Positions 40,369-54,120 are shown, numbered from the stretch's first letter. The stretch: DNA of 64,000 nt from Octopus sinensis (GCF_006345805.1 NC_042997.1:66464001-66528000); one strand, 5' to 3'. Translations and numbers: made by a program. The notes: generated by a model not told the origin, from the letters alone.

Positions 40369-40943
40369 GAATTTGTTATATACAGGTTATGTGTGGAAAT
40401 CAGAAAATAATGAAATTGTCTAACGATTAGAACTGATATATTTAATATAATTTAGAACATAGTTGCTGGCTACAGCAGGAATAATATCTTAGACACACAG
40501 TTAAGACACGAAAATTATCTTATTAAACATGGGTAAAAAAGACACTGGTACTTATTTTATTGACCCTGAAAGGATAAAAAGCAAAGTTGACCTTGGCAGA
40601 ATTTGAACTCAGAATGTAAAGATGGATGAAATGCTGCTAAGCATTTTACCTAGTGTGTTAATGATTCTACCAGCATGCCATCTTAGCTTGCTGAAATATT
40701 CTGAAAATGTTTCCTGAGACCTTTACGAGTAAAAATTAAACTTCTTTTTTTTAATCTATCACTAGCTATCATAAACTTTCATCAAAATGATTGACTGGAA
40801 AAATGGCAGTAGGAATTGTAATAGAGTTTGAGGATATAGCCAAAAAATGACTCTGGTTAGTATTACAAAGTATTGTATTATTATATACCAGCAGCAATTA
40901 TCTCCAGTCAATATTACCAAACATAGCAATATTATTCACTCAC

Positions 40944-40997
40944 AGTTTTGACTTTCAACTTAAACATTCCAGGTTCAAATTCAAAGAAGGTTATCTC
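40944..40997 (-). CDS. Candidate exon 4 of the unrecognised gene (54 nt, phase 0-0)
   Basis: Acceptor ctttatag|, donor |gtgagt; only one open frame: EITFFEFEPGMFKLKVKT. Confidence 0.5.
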
Positions 40998-43582
40998 CTA
41001 TAAAGCTAATGATCTGTAATTTTTTTCTCCTTTGCATGTAAAACAGAAAGCATATGATCATGTTGTTTAGGCTAATTGGAAACTCAGTCTGTAGTACCTG
41101 TATTTCAAAGGGCCAGACTTGCCACACTCTGTGTCTCACCGAGTCTCCCTGAGAATTCTGTTAAAAGTACACATGTCTGTGGAGTTCTCAGCCACTTGCA
41201 CATTAATTTCATAAGTAGATTGTTCCATTGATCAGATCAACAAAAACCCTCATCATCATAACCAATGGAATACCAGTTAAGCAACACAAACTTTATGCTT
41301 GTTTGGGTTATTCACTTCACATTTGACCAGCCTCCTTTTCTCACACAGCAGCTACAGATAACCTGTCTTATTCTCTCTCTCTCTCTTTCTGGCTAGATGT
41401 CAGCCTTTTTTTAGCTTTAAAAAATATCTTCTGAAAAACATGTTAATTTTCTTTTCTTTCCCTTTAGGGCTATTACTTGATCGCATACCTTACTTTGTGA
41501 AAGGATGTGGCCTAATGGTTAGAGTATTTGGCTCAAGGTCTTGAGTTCAGTTCCTGGCAGTGTGTTGTGTCTTTGAGCAACATGCTTTATTTCATGTTGC
41601 TCCAGTCTGGCAAAAATGAGTAGTACTAGTATTTAAAAAAAGGCCAGCTTTGTCACATTCTGTGTCAGGCTGCATCTCTCTGAGAACTACATGTCTGTGG
41701 AGTGCTCAGCCACTTGCACATTAATTTCACAAGCAAGCTGTTCCATTGATCAGATCAACTGAAACCCTTGTCACAATCACCAGTTTTTATATCTTGCTCT
41801 CCAACACAGGTTCTTCCATTAACACAAATTATTTACGAACATTTTTTCATAATGGCTATGTGGTTAAGAAGCTCACTTTGCAACCACATGGTTCCAGGTT
41901 CAATCCTATTGCATAAGCAGCCCCAAGCCAACCAATGCTTTGTGAGTGAATTTGGTTGGTGGAGTCTATGTGGAAGCCCATCATATGCATACATATGTGC
42001 ACATGCACGCACGCACACACATGCACACACACACACACACACCTATAAAATTTCATGTGTTTTAACACACCCTGTGCTTTGAGGGAGTCATCCACACTGC
42101 ACTAAACTGTAGTATACAAGCAAACAAGCAAAACACATATACTGAATATGTACAGTCAATAATATATACATATGTATGTATGTATGTATGTATGTATGTG
42201 TATGTGTCTTTGTGTTTGTCTTCCCATACCACTTGACAACCAGTGTTGGTTTGTTTATGTTCTTGTAACCTAGTACTTTGGTAAAAGAGGCTGATAGAAT
42301 ATGTACTTGACTTTACAAACTAAGCACTAGTGTTGACATGTTTGACTAAACCCTCAAAGCTGATGCTCCAGCATGACTGCAATCCAATGACTGAAACAAA
42401 TAAAAAGATAAAATATAAACTAATTGTCACATCAACATACTGTTTATTTTCTCAAATATATCAAGGCATGCAGGCATGGCAGTGTGGTAAGACTTTTGCT
42501 TCCCAACCAAATGGTTTCAGAATCAGTCCCACTGTGTGGCAACTTGGGAAAGTGTCTTCTATTATAGACCTGGGTTAACCAAAGCCCTGTGTGTGGATTT
42601 GGTAGGCAGAAACACAAAGAATCCCAGTGTGTATGTGAGTGAGTGCATGCATATTTGTATCTCCTTCTCTTGACATCATGTGATAGTTGTAAATGAGTGT
42701 CACTGTCATACAAGTGGTGTTGTTCATTTCAAATATTCTGCGAGGACATGTCTGGCCATGGGGAAATATAACCTTGCTTTGAAACAAGTAAGGGTTGGCA
42801 ATAGGAAGAACATCTGGTTGTAGAAAACAAGCCTCAAATAAACCATCCAACTTATACAATCAAAGAAAAGTGAATGTTAAAACAATGATGATGATGATGA
42901 TTATGATTTATATAATTTTTACCTTCATAGATCTTGTAAATTAAGATCAATGAAATTTCCCATATCTGACTTCTGTCCTATCTTAATTTGTATTTTAAAA
43001 CTAGGCGATGTATAATTGGTATTAGATAGTTTACCAACAAGATCAGTAGGAATCTATTTTTATTGACATTAAGGAAATAAAAGAGAAAATTACGTGTAAT
43101 TTATTCTTGTTATTATAGAGATAACACTCTTTTAATTCTATATGATGTGGCTACAGATGTTTGAACAGATCTACAACTTGTGATCCAGAAGCATTTGGAC
43201 AGACATTTGTCTAATGAGATACTTTTTAATTCTCTGACTGGGCAGCACAGCATTTGTTTACAAAGTTTTACATAATTGGACAACAAGTTGCTAACAAACT
43301 CTTTAATTTCCTACATTGTTCTCAGACATCAACTAAAAGCTGTTGTTCTTGCTATCGATTTAATTCACTGTCAAGGTTTGTACGTATACATAAATGAGTA
43401 TGTGTGTGTGTGTTTTCTTTTTCATCTGTCATTTGAACTCTGAAGAAGCATCCTGTTCAAAATGTTTGATACTCCACCCCCTACAGCAATTTCACTGAAC
43501 ACTTTCTGCCACTTTTTCCAAATAATAAAAGTTTTAATGACACAGACTAGTATCAGTTTCCTTGAATTATTTTATCTAACAA

Positions 43583-43613
<31 letters not shown>

Positions 43614-43715
43614 TGTATGTATGTATGTATGCATGCATGCATGCATGCATGCATGTATATATATATATATATATATATGCGTGTATGTATGTATGTACGT
43701 ATGCATGTACACATA

Positions 43716-44171
43716 CATATGGATATATATGTTTGTATGCGTATGTGGCAGTATGTATATGTATGTGGACATGTGTGTATATATGTATGCCTGAATAGAT
43801 ATATGTGTGTGTGTGTGTGTATGTGTGGACGCGGAACATTCATTTTAATGAGTTGTATCTATCATCCAATGTGATACATCTGCACCACCAGATGCCCCTG
43901 AACCAGTTATTGAGTGTCCCACCCAAGAGGAATCAATTGTTTCAACACATATAGCATTGATTCCTCTTGGGTGGGACATTCAATAACTGGTTCAGGGGCA
44001 TCTGGTGGTGCAGATGTATCACATCGGATGATAGATACAACTCATTAAAATGAATGTTCCGCGTCCACACATACACACACACATATATCTATTCAGGCAT
44101 ACATATATACACACATGTCCACATACATATACATACTGCTACATACGCATACAAACATATATATCCATATG
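43716..44171. repeat. Long near-perfect inverted repeat (222/216-bp arms, 18-nt loop)
   Basis: Arms 43716-43937 and 43956-44171 differ by 3 transitions and a 6-nt (GT)n length change. Confidence 0.97.
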
Positions 44172-44278
44172 GATAGATAGATAGACTGCTATAGAGAAAA
44201 ACATACACAGTCATACAGCAAGACAGATTTGTGATGGTGTTTGTCTATCTATTTATATCTGTGTGTGTGTATACATAC

Positions 44279-44307
44279 GAGTTTGTTAGCATTGAAATTT
44301 GTTAAAT
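44279..44307 (-). CDS. Candidate exon 3 of the unrecognised gene (29 nt, phase 1-0)
   Basis: Acceptor ...ttatttgctgttctgcttgaatgtacag|, donor |gtatgt; (N)LTNFNANKL. Confidence 0.4.
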
Positions 44308-46393
44308 CTGTACATTCAAGCAGAACAGCAAATAAGTAAGACAAATATTTAATTCAAAGTTCAGGAGTTTTGGTAACAAAGACAGAAACAGAACTTTGCT
44401 GGGTTTTGAAAAGACAAGAGAAATATTTTCATCAACATAGAGTAATAAAACCAGGCATTTCAAAACAGTATTTAAATGTGTCAATAAGGAAAACTGTGGT
44501 ATAATTTTAATTATGTCTGTATTTTGCACTGGGTAAAGTGTTACTATACATTTTTATGTGTGTGGGATACTTGTTCAGTGTTGATATTTAGTAAAGCTTA
44601 TGTTCTGAGTTCAAATTCCACCAATGTCAACTTTGCCTTTCATCCTTTCAAGGTCCGAGATCAATAAAATAAGTACCAGTTGAACACTGGGGGTTGATGT
44701 AATCAACTTGTCCTCTCCCCCCAAACTGCTGGCCTTGTGTCAAAATTTGAAATCAGTATTTATCAAAGCTGAAAGGCAGTGAGCTGGCAGAATTGTTAGC
44801 ATGCCAGGCAAAATGCTTAGTGGCATCTCATCCATCTTTACATTCTGATTTCAAATTCCACTAAGGTCCACTTTACTTTTCATCCTTTCAGGTCAATTAG
44901 ATAGGTACCAGTTGAGCACTGGGGTTGATGTAATCGATTTACACCCTCCCCTGAAATTGGTGACCTTATGCTAGAATTTTAAACCAATATTTAGTAAAGT
45001 TCAGGGTGGCAAGCTGGCAGAATCCTTAGCTTGCTGGACAAAAGCTTTGTAGCATTTCTTCCAGTTTTATGTTCAGAGTTCAAATGCTGCCAAGATCAAC
45101 TTTGCCTTTGATTCTTTCAGAGTCAACAAAATAAGTACCAGTTGAGCACCAGGATTGATATAATCAACTTTACCCTCTCCTCAAAATTATTGAATTTGTG
45201 CCAAAAATTAGAAAAAATGTTTAGTAAACTAGAACAAATTTTTCATTATTTAGTCATTAAGTTAATCCTTTAGCATTTAAACCAGCTATATCCAGCCTAA
45301 ACATTCTGCCTGTTTTATGTTCAAACCAGCCAGATCCAACCTCTGACACTTATCCTACAATATCCTACTAAAAATAAGTAATCATATCATGAAAATCTCA
45401 AAGCTACAAGATGATGCATGGTTAATTCAAAACAATGTAATAAATAAGCATTACATTTGACAGAATAATTTTAATGTTAAAGGGTCGAAGTTTGTAAGTT
45501 TGAATTTATCAAGCATTTGTTATCTATAAAGAGGGATATATTTTGTGTGGGGTGAAAGACTATGTATAATGAGTAATGAAATTCAGTAGAAAATAGATGC
45601 ATTTGTTGATGATGTTGATGAGGACTTATGTGTAAGGTTGAATAACATCCCCCACAAGGTCCAGTCCTAGTTGTAGTGTAGTGGCTTGTATTTTAATGAT
45701 CCTTAGAACTATGCTAGTTGGGTGCAAGTTACTAGTAGGGACTCCCATACTGGACATGTCAAAGGACGGAGGCTAGACTAATAGAGACCACTTCTTTCCA
45801 GAGATGAAAATAGGTTTACCAAAAGCCAACATCCTTACCTAGAAAAAAGCATGGTTTCAGAAGCACCAATGACAATTCAAGAAGACTTGGGAAAGGAAAG
45901 ACAGCCCTAAATCAAGAACAGTAGAGGAAGTAATCTATGGCCTATAATCTGTAGAGGGTAATAGGCTTAAGTAAGTAGTAATTAGTGATGTTTTTGCTGT
46001 TATTTGTGTGAGATTCAAAATATGTTTTGTCCTGCAAGCTGTTTTCACTAAATTTACTATCACCTTTGTCACTAAGATTTTATAATTCAGAGGCTCCAGG
46101 AGACTATCAGTGAGAAGATGCCGTAATTGATCAATCCAGCTCCTTAGATGCACACTTTTGATAATCAATATCAGCTTAAAATGTCTCCTTTAAGATTTAT
46201 GGAAGAAAGAAAAAAAATAGACATATAACTAATAACAACTGCTATAGAAGGGTCATGTGACCAATAACATTTTAGCAATAAGAGAGCTGAACCAAAATGA
46301 TTGACTGCTGATGATAACTGACAGTGTGTCTATGTATGTGTGTATACAGTTGACTGGGTTATGTTGTATCTAGAGCCAATAGAAAGAATGGAA

Positions 46394-46601
<208 letters not shown>

Positions 46602-48779
46602 GTGCCTATGCACTCACATGTGTGTGTATATTAGAATGGATATATATTAGTATGGATTTTAAGTAATTAATCTTGCATTGGAAACTCACAATATTAGATA
46701 GGATGTGTATAAAGACAAGAATGACCATACTAATATTTATCTGAGTTTTCATATATTTATATTTACATGTGTACAAATATTGATTCACTGGAATAACATT
46801 TATGAAATAACAAATAGAATAGTTAAAAGTATTCAATAATACTACACACTAGATAGTATTATGAAAGTAGTTCATAGTTATTGAAAATGGAATAAGTAGA
46901 AAGAGTTAAAGCTACAGCATGCAAGTAATATGTGTATGACTCAAAATTACATCCTAAGATCAGTACCTTTAGTCAAAACACAATACAAGCATATGAAGTA
47001 AGTTAGTTAGTTTGTTCCTTCTCAAGCCATGCCTGGCTCATAAGGGCCAGTTTCCCGGTTTCCTTGGCGTATAGGTTCCCCACCTGGACGGGACGCCGGT
47101 CCGTCGCAGGTGAGCTACAAGATGCAGGAGGAAAGAGTGAGAGAAAGTTGTGGCAAAAGAGTCAGCAGAAGTTCACCATTACCTTCTGCCGGAGCCGCAT
47201 GAAGCTTAGGTGTTTCGCTCATAAACACACACATCGCCCAGTCTGAGATTTGAACCCGTGATCCCTCGACCGGAAGTCCGCTATTCTAACCACCAGGCCA
47301 TGTGCCTCCACATATGAAGTAAGAAAAAAGTAGAAGAGAGCAAGAGATCATCTCACTGAACAAACTGACATAGCTACATGCAGACCACTTGGTGGCTCTG
47401 GCTTGAGGTTGAATTCATTAGCTTTTTATAACTATATAAGCAAAAGTTTCCAGTATCTTCAATAAAGCTATTTGGTGAGAAAATTCACACACTTTGATAT
47501 TCACCGCATCAGTCATAACAAATCAGCCAATGCTGATTGACCAAGCCATATTCACAAAGGTATTAATGCTTTTTTGTGATGATACATTACTTTTTATGGC
47601 AGCATGAGGGTTTATAGCCCTGAGCTACGAAAATCTGAGACCAATGGTTCAAAATTCAGCAGGAGCCTTGTTACAGGAGCCAGCATTGTGAGTGAAAATG
47701 AGTAAACAGAATTTGAAGCCTACAATTCAAAGGCCCAGCCTTGTCATACATTGTGTCACATTGCTTCTGTCTGATGATTATATCAAGAGTACACATATCT
47801 CTGGAATATTCAGCCGCTTAATTCTAATTCAATGAGCAGGTAGTTGATTTGATCAATTGATCCAACTGAATATTCATTGTTGAAAACAATAGAGATCTAT
47901 GTGTATATGTGTTGTTATACATGCATACATACATATTTACATGCTTATATGCTTACACAAATACATAACTGTACACACACACACACACATACACACACAC
48001 ACCCACACACACACACACACACGCACACACACACTCATAACTCAGAATTCATCATTAGCTTGTTACTTCATAGATAATTGGTCAGACCGACTTTGCTGCT
48101 AATATCCAATATAACAAGATGTGACACTACTATTCAATATATGCCACAAAAATTAACCTCAAGTATATGAATAATTTATAAATTAATAGCTTATGTATTA
48201 ATATAAATGATATTAAACACTGTAAGCATTAATTTGTGATTGGAAACACTATAACAGCAGACACATTGGGACTTACCTATTTAGCACTCATTGCTAGCAC
48301 AGTCACTCAACAAGTGAACAGTGAATAGTTTGAGTCCCATCATTTAGGCTGGGTTTCTTCAATCTCAGACTAGCGCCTGTGCTGTTTAATATTTATCTCT
48401 CTCCACCCATCTACACACACACACTGATGTGCATACGCATGCACGCACGCACGCACACACACACATACATACATACATACATACATACATACATACATTA
48501 GGCACAGCCAGTTGGCAGAGTCATAAGAGCATTGGCTAGATTGCAGTACAGTAATCATTCCAGCTCTGTCTGCAATCTGAGTTCAAATCTCACTTTGTCT
48601 TTCATCCATTCAGAGTCAATTTTTCTTTTTCTTTCTGTGAGTAATTCTGAAGCAGTCCTTGAACCTCATTTTGGGTTTATGAACTGGCCTCCAAACCATC
48701 TTCCAGCTTACCATACAAAAGTTGCCTAGGAAGTTCTTTTCATCATTCATTCTCACCAGATGGCCATCTCACCTAAAAT

Positions 48780-49860
48780 GACTTTGCAGAATTGTCAATT
48801 CTGCACTCCTGCTACCACTTCTCTCAAGCACCTCCACATCACCGATCACCTCCACATAAACAGTGACATAGACCACTTCTACCTAAGATGAAAACAAGGT
48901 GGAAGAGGCTTAACATTAATCCAAAATGCATTTTAATGTAGCATCATATCCCTTCGGCAACATCTTTTAACCACCAAGTGTCAAAGTGCATCTCTTGACC
49001 AAATTTGCATTCATAAGGCTGATAACATCATAAGGCTTAGTAGGCAGCTCCTTGAGCAACATTCTTTGTCTGATAACTTAAAATACATGCCCAAATAAGT
49101 CACACGTCTCTACTGCTATGTATCATCAGATGAAAGGATGAGCCTATATGAGCAGAAGACTATGCATGAATATGTTAGTAGAAAGCTCCGTGATGATAGT
49201 AACATCAAAGCAGTTTATCATGGATGAATAGCCAGATTACTACCTCCTACTTTGAAGGCTACGCATTTGCAATCCAGGAACAGGAAATATCAACCAAGTA
49301 CCTGATGCGGGAAAAGCCGTAAAATATGACAACCGATACAGACTTTATGGAGTTCACTTTAAAGATATCACCCACATCATAAGCATTTGTCCGAAAATGT
49401 CAACACGGTATTATCTACCGATGAGTCATGACGTTGTAGCTAGGACACTCTATAATGAAATCCGTCGGAAGGATAATCCCGAGGACAAAGAAATAAGAAC
49501 CAACAATATAAACAATATAGTAGAAGCTATAGTCACTCATAATAATAAGGAATACTGGTGGAACGTTCCAGTGAAGACCTCAATAAAATGTAAGCACAAC
49601 AGACCTGATATAATGATTTGGTATAGAGAAGAGAAACTGTGCACAGTTGTGGAAATGAGCTGCCCAGTGGAAATTAACATAAAGCTGAAGATCAGTGAAA
49701 AAGAGAATACCTATACTGAACTATTGCAAAATCTACAGTTACTCTATCCAGTTATAAGTTCAGGTAATTATTGGGGCCCTGGGATATGTAACATACTAAC
49801 TAAATATCAATCTTGAGAAATTAGGCTTCCCAAAACCAGAAAGAAGAAAGTTAATTCAGA
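48780..49860 (+). mobile_element. R4/Dong-like non-LTR retrotransposon 3' fragment with CCHC knuckle and restriction-like endonuclease
   Basis: SDIDHFYLR*KQGGRGL; HIISICPKMSTRYYLPMSHDVVA; HNRPDIMIW...VEMSCPVEINIKLKISEKENTY. Confidence 0.82.
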
Positions 49861-50169
49861 GATATGTGTATGTGTATGTGTGTGAGAGAGAGAGAGAAAA
49901 AGAGAAAGCGAGTGAATGCCACTTACACATACATGCAAAAAAATACATACAACACATGCCTTCACTTACTCTCTTTCTCTCATGCACATGCACACACACA
50001 CGCCCATTTCATATACATGTACATACATCTTTCACTTTCTCCTCTCTTTTATTTTTTGCACTCACTTCAAAGCAAATATCACCTTTACACTTTCTCTCTC
50101 TTTCAATTTCTGCTTTCTTCAAAGCATAAAAAAATAATAAATCTTTACAGAAATTAGTGAACAAAAAAG

Positions 50170-50473
50170 CTAAAAGTGAGACACTGGGAGTTTGTAGATT
50201 TTTTGAAAACGTGATTTATGGGCAAAATCGTATCAATCCCCTTTTATACGATGAAACAATACATAGTTTGTAATCCTTCTTAAGAATAGAAAGCACTTTC
50301 ATGCAAACCTAAGGAAATTGCACCCCCATCCTTCACTTTTAAACAATAAATTCCATTATGCCAGTAATCCAATTCACTATATATCAGCTGTGCCGATTCT
50401 ACCCATAAGAAAGGAACAAATAATATGTGGCTGTATGTCATAACACCCGGGCAACGCCAGGATGCACTGCTCG
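50170..50473 (+). mobile_element. Non-autonomous Helitron 3' part
   Basis: cccgggcaacgccagg hairpin followed by tgctcg|t (degenerate CTAG); matches the 3' end of the element at 56417. Confidence 0.55.
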
Positions 50474-50615
50474 TTTAAATATATATCAGCATGTCTAGTT
50501 ATGTAACCATATGCATGAGAATACACAAAACATAGAAATCTACACACATACATGCATACATAAATACATACATACATACATACATACATACAAAGAAACA
50601 AACAAACAAAAATAC

Positions 50616-50672
50616 TCTGTTGTTGATGTTGGTCTAGATTAGAAACCCGCTCTTTCGCTATTGGCAAGAAAT
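50616..50672 (-). CDS. Candidate exon 2 of the unrecognised gene (57 nt, phase 1-1)
   Basis: Strong acceptor gttccgttttatttcaag|, donor |gtattt; (D)FLPIAKERVSNLDQHQQQ, open and phase-compatible with 51027-51060. Confidence 0.45.
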
Positions 50673-51026
50673 CTTGAAATAAAACGGAACAATAACATAC
50701 ATACATACAAACGCATAGGCAAATACATAGACACGAGAAAAATGTGTGTGCGCACGCACACACACACAAGCAAGGCAAAAACATTTATGACATGCAGTCG
50801 ACATATGTTTACACAAATACATTAATCTTCAGAAGCCCTTATACACTGCTTAAATACATACTTACATATATATGTATATCTATTTACATAAGGTCACTCT
50901 CACGTTCGTGCACAAGTCAGGTAATAAATCAAAAACATTAAAGTGCGAAAGTGATGGAAAGTTAAGGAAAGAAAAGATTGACTTGTTATTTAGTGGATTT
51001 GGCCTGTAAAATAGGCAGGAACTGAC

Positions 51027-51060
51027 CATTGTGAAATATTTGTAATGGGGCCAACTCCAT
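51027..51060 (-). CDS. Candidate first coding exon of an unrecognised minus-strand gene (MELAPLQIFHN + 1 nt)
   Basis: aacATGG start context, in-frame TGA upstream, donor |gtcagt; ends phase 1; lies in CpG-richer unique sequence. Confidence 0.45.
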
Positions 51061-51847
51061 GTTCTGGCACAGTTTCTGCGTTCAACAGTTATATGCAGAG
51101 ATTTTATAATCGATTAAAGATTTAATACGAATGAAGAGAGATTTCCGCTAATAGTTGGTAGCAGGTACTGTAAATATTATTCTTTGTTGCATTATTAGTT
51201 ACTAAGACTCACTTCAGTGCCAGAACTTGTTGCAGTAGGAAAGAACCGTAGAGAAGGTGGCTTGGTTTTCTGCTTAAAACTTGTATTGATGGGTAAACAA
51301 AAAGCTGATCCAATGTAAGCAATTACATTGTTTCGGATGTGATGATTTATTTTATTCCTGCAGTGAAAGTTTGTTTATGAAAGGATATACTTAATACAAT
51401 ATAGTGACTTCCATTGTTGTCGTTGGACGAACGAATACAAATAAAGGAGTTTGCTTTATTTGTTTGTTGTCATTAAATATATATTTTTGTTTGGTTGTTA
51501 TTGCTTTGTTTTATTACAATGTTTTAATTTCTTATTTGGCCAATAGGAACGGGGTCAACCCATAAGTACAGTTTTCAATAGATCTGTTTGTATACTGTAT
51601 TTAATAGTATTTACAAACAGTAGACTTATTCAATGTGTTTAGAGAAACGCTCTGTCTAGTCAATAGCTAATTGAACAACTAGACGAAGGGTCAATAAGTT
51701 CACACTTGGTGATCGGGCTGTCTATGTATGTAAGGTATCTCCTACGTCTTAAAATGGTCAATAAAGCAGCTGCGACGGAGTTTCGGATTAGGTGTACCTT
51801 CACCATCTGAAAGGCATTTGTAGACAATTTCATTTAAAAAATAAATC

Positions 51848-52090
51848 TTTACTCTTTTACTTGTTTCAGTCATTTGACTGTGGCCATGCTGGAGCACTGC
51901 CTTTAGTCGAGCAAATTGACCCCAGGACTTATTCTTTGTAAGCCTAGTACTTACTTATTCTGTCGCTTTCTTTTGCCGAACCGCTAAGTTACGGGGACGT
52001 AAACACACCAGCATCGGTTGTCAAGCGATGTTGGGGGACAAACATACACACACACACATACATACATACATACATACATACATACATACA

Positions 52091-52138
<48 letters not shown>

Positions 52139-52640
52139 CATACTCGGAAAAGGATGCGTGGCGTTCGATCATATAATAATATAAATAATATATAAATATA
52201 TATATTTGCGGGAAGGATTGTTTCAACGAAGTCGCGTCTTGTCCTTACCTTCGGAACGCGGAGTAGACGAAACAGGGACAACTGAAGAAGGGGAATATTC
52301 CTTGTGTTGTATGTCTTGTACTCTGTTTTTTCGTTGTTTGAAAAAAGTTCGTTTCCATGTTTTTGTTTTTGTGTTTTCATTTTTCATTGTGTTCAACGTT
52401 TTTTGATGTCCTGTACCCATATATGCATGAATATATATACATATTGATGTGGGTATGTACATATATGTATGTATATATGCATATATTTATATATTATCTA
52501 TATTATTATATATATACGACAGGCTTCTTTCAGTTTCCACCTACCAAATCCACTCACAAGGCTTTGGTTGGCCCGGGGCTACAATAGACGACATTTGCCC
52601 AAGGTGCCACGCAGTAAGGAAGCTACTTACCACACAGCCA
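51848..52640 (-). mobile_element. Family A SINE split by a ~280-bp CpG-rich repeat insert (~52140-52420)
   Basis: SINE tail at 51848-52070 and head at 52515-52640 flank an unrelated insert. Confidence 0.7.
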
Positions 52641-52786
52641 CTCCTGAAAGTTTTTAGGAAACAATGTCATGGATGAAGCACAATCATGTAGGTAAGCAAT
52701 GGAAAATATCTGCTTCATACAACAGAATTAACGATTCTGAAAAAAAAAAAGATTTCTTCCACGTTGTACACCCCTTTTGTAATATT

Positions 52787-54120
52787 GGATCTTTTCTGTT
52801 TGGTTGCCAGCATCAATTTCTGTTCGAATTGATTTCATATTTAGTGTAATGATACACTTTTATAGTTTAATCAATACCATAAAAATCATTTTCACCATAA
52901 ATTAATAGATAAAGAGTTATTAGCTATTAAAGTCTGAAAATTTGGGGTTGTTTTAACCAGTTATGAGTCACATATACATTCATGTCTGTTTCCATGAGAA
53001 CTCTTTAGTCTGCGAGAAAGCACATGTTGACTAATATGTTTCAGTCATTGAGATGGTTGTCATATGTGCTAAGAATAGCAGCCAAATAGGCCTTAAATCA
53101 CGCACCAGATGAGGATGCTCTTTTGTACTTGCAAGAAATGGGTGTTATACCCAAAAGAAGATTATCCAAAATGAAGAAGCATTTTATGAGAACTAGAAAA
53201 CATGGTGCGAATATGTATTGGTGATCTTCCTCACGCCATGGAGTTTGTGTCATTGAGGAAAGACATGGTTTGAAGGTGGCACCCTTTCTCTTAGGACTGT
53301 GGTGTTTTTTCTTCACTCATGGGCTAAGGAATTGACTTCAGTCCGATTTTGTGTTGAAAAACTGGGGATAAGCCATTGCACTGCTGTTGATTATAACAGC
53401 TATGTTAAGGAAATATGTTCTGAGAACTTACTCCATTATCCAATTAAGGTTGGTGGTCCTGGGAAGATTGTTGGGATGTTTGTTTTTTAAAAATATTTAA
53501 TTTGTAATGTGTTGTTTTGTTTTTGGATAAATCTTTTAAGTTTGTACTATAATTTTCTTATTTGGAGAAATATTTAATTTGTAATGTGCTGTTTATTGCA
53601 TTAAATGCATATTGAATACTTAAAACTACAAAATACATGCTGTTTACTCGTTTTTTTTTTTATTTGGCATTGAGGTGGGTGTGAAGTGTGCTAAAAATAA
53701 CAGTTAAATAACAGTTAAACAGGCCTTAAATCATACACCACCACACTTTTTTTAGCATAATCGTATGAAGTCTCACATGTAGAAAACAAATTTGCAAAAA
53801 TTTTCTAAAAATTCCAAAAAATAAAAAAGTTTTGAGGGTTATATGTCGTGCATAGTTCATTTGTTTATGGTTTCATATAAAAGCACAAATGCTTTTCTCA
53901 GGATGTTGACAAAATGTCCAGTCACACACAAAATGATAGCTTCCAAATCCCATTTCCTGTCTGGGTGAAAATGATCAAACTTTAAAACCTTTTAAAGACA
54001 TTTTTGTGGAAAAAGTGAATTAACCCCAGTGGTTCAGATTAGAAAACTACATTAATGTACCAAATTAAAAAATTTTCGATAAACATTTTTGAAATGCTGG
54101 CAACCAAACAGAAAAGATCC
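52787..54120 (+). mobile_element. Merlin (IS1595-like) DNA transposon, internally deleted
   Basis: Perfect 27-bp TIRs ggatcttttctgtttggttgccagcat; 8-bp TSD gtaatatt/gtaatctt; remnant DEDALLYLQEMG...RKDTWFEGG...FLHSWAKE...VDYNSYVKEICSE...VGGPGKIV. Confidence 0.85.

Noticed and set aside
41466-41520. Strong plus-strand acceptor followed by LLLDRIPYFVKGCGLM
   Set aside because: Runs straight into a SINE tRNA head, has no good donor, and no partner exons were found.
48712-48725. 14-nt minus-strand microexon (phase 1-0) as an alternative to candidate exon 3
   Set aside because: Weak polypyrimidine tract and it abuts LINE-derived sequence; 44279-44307 has better splice signals.
52205-52330. Hammerhead-ribozyme-like words (gacGAAAc and CTGAAGA) in the SINE-interrupting insert
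   Set aside because: The two core motifs are in the wrong order and only 9 nt apart, so stems I and III cannot form; an Infernal scan would be needed to revive this.
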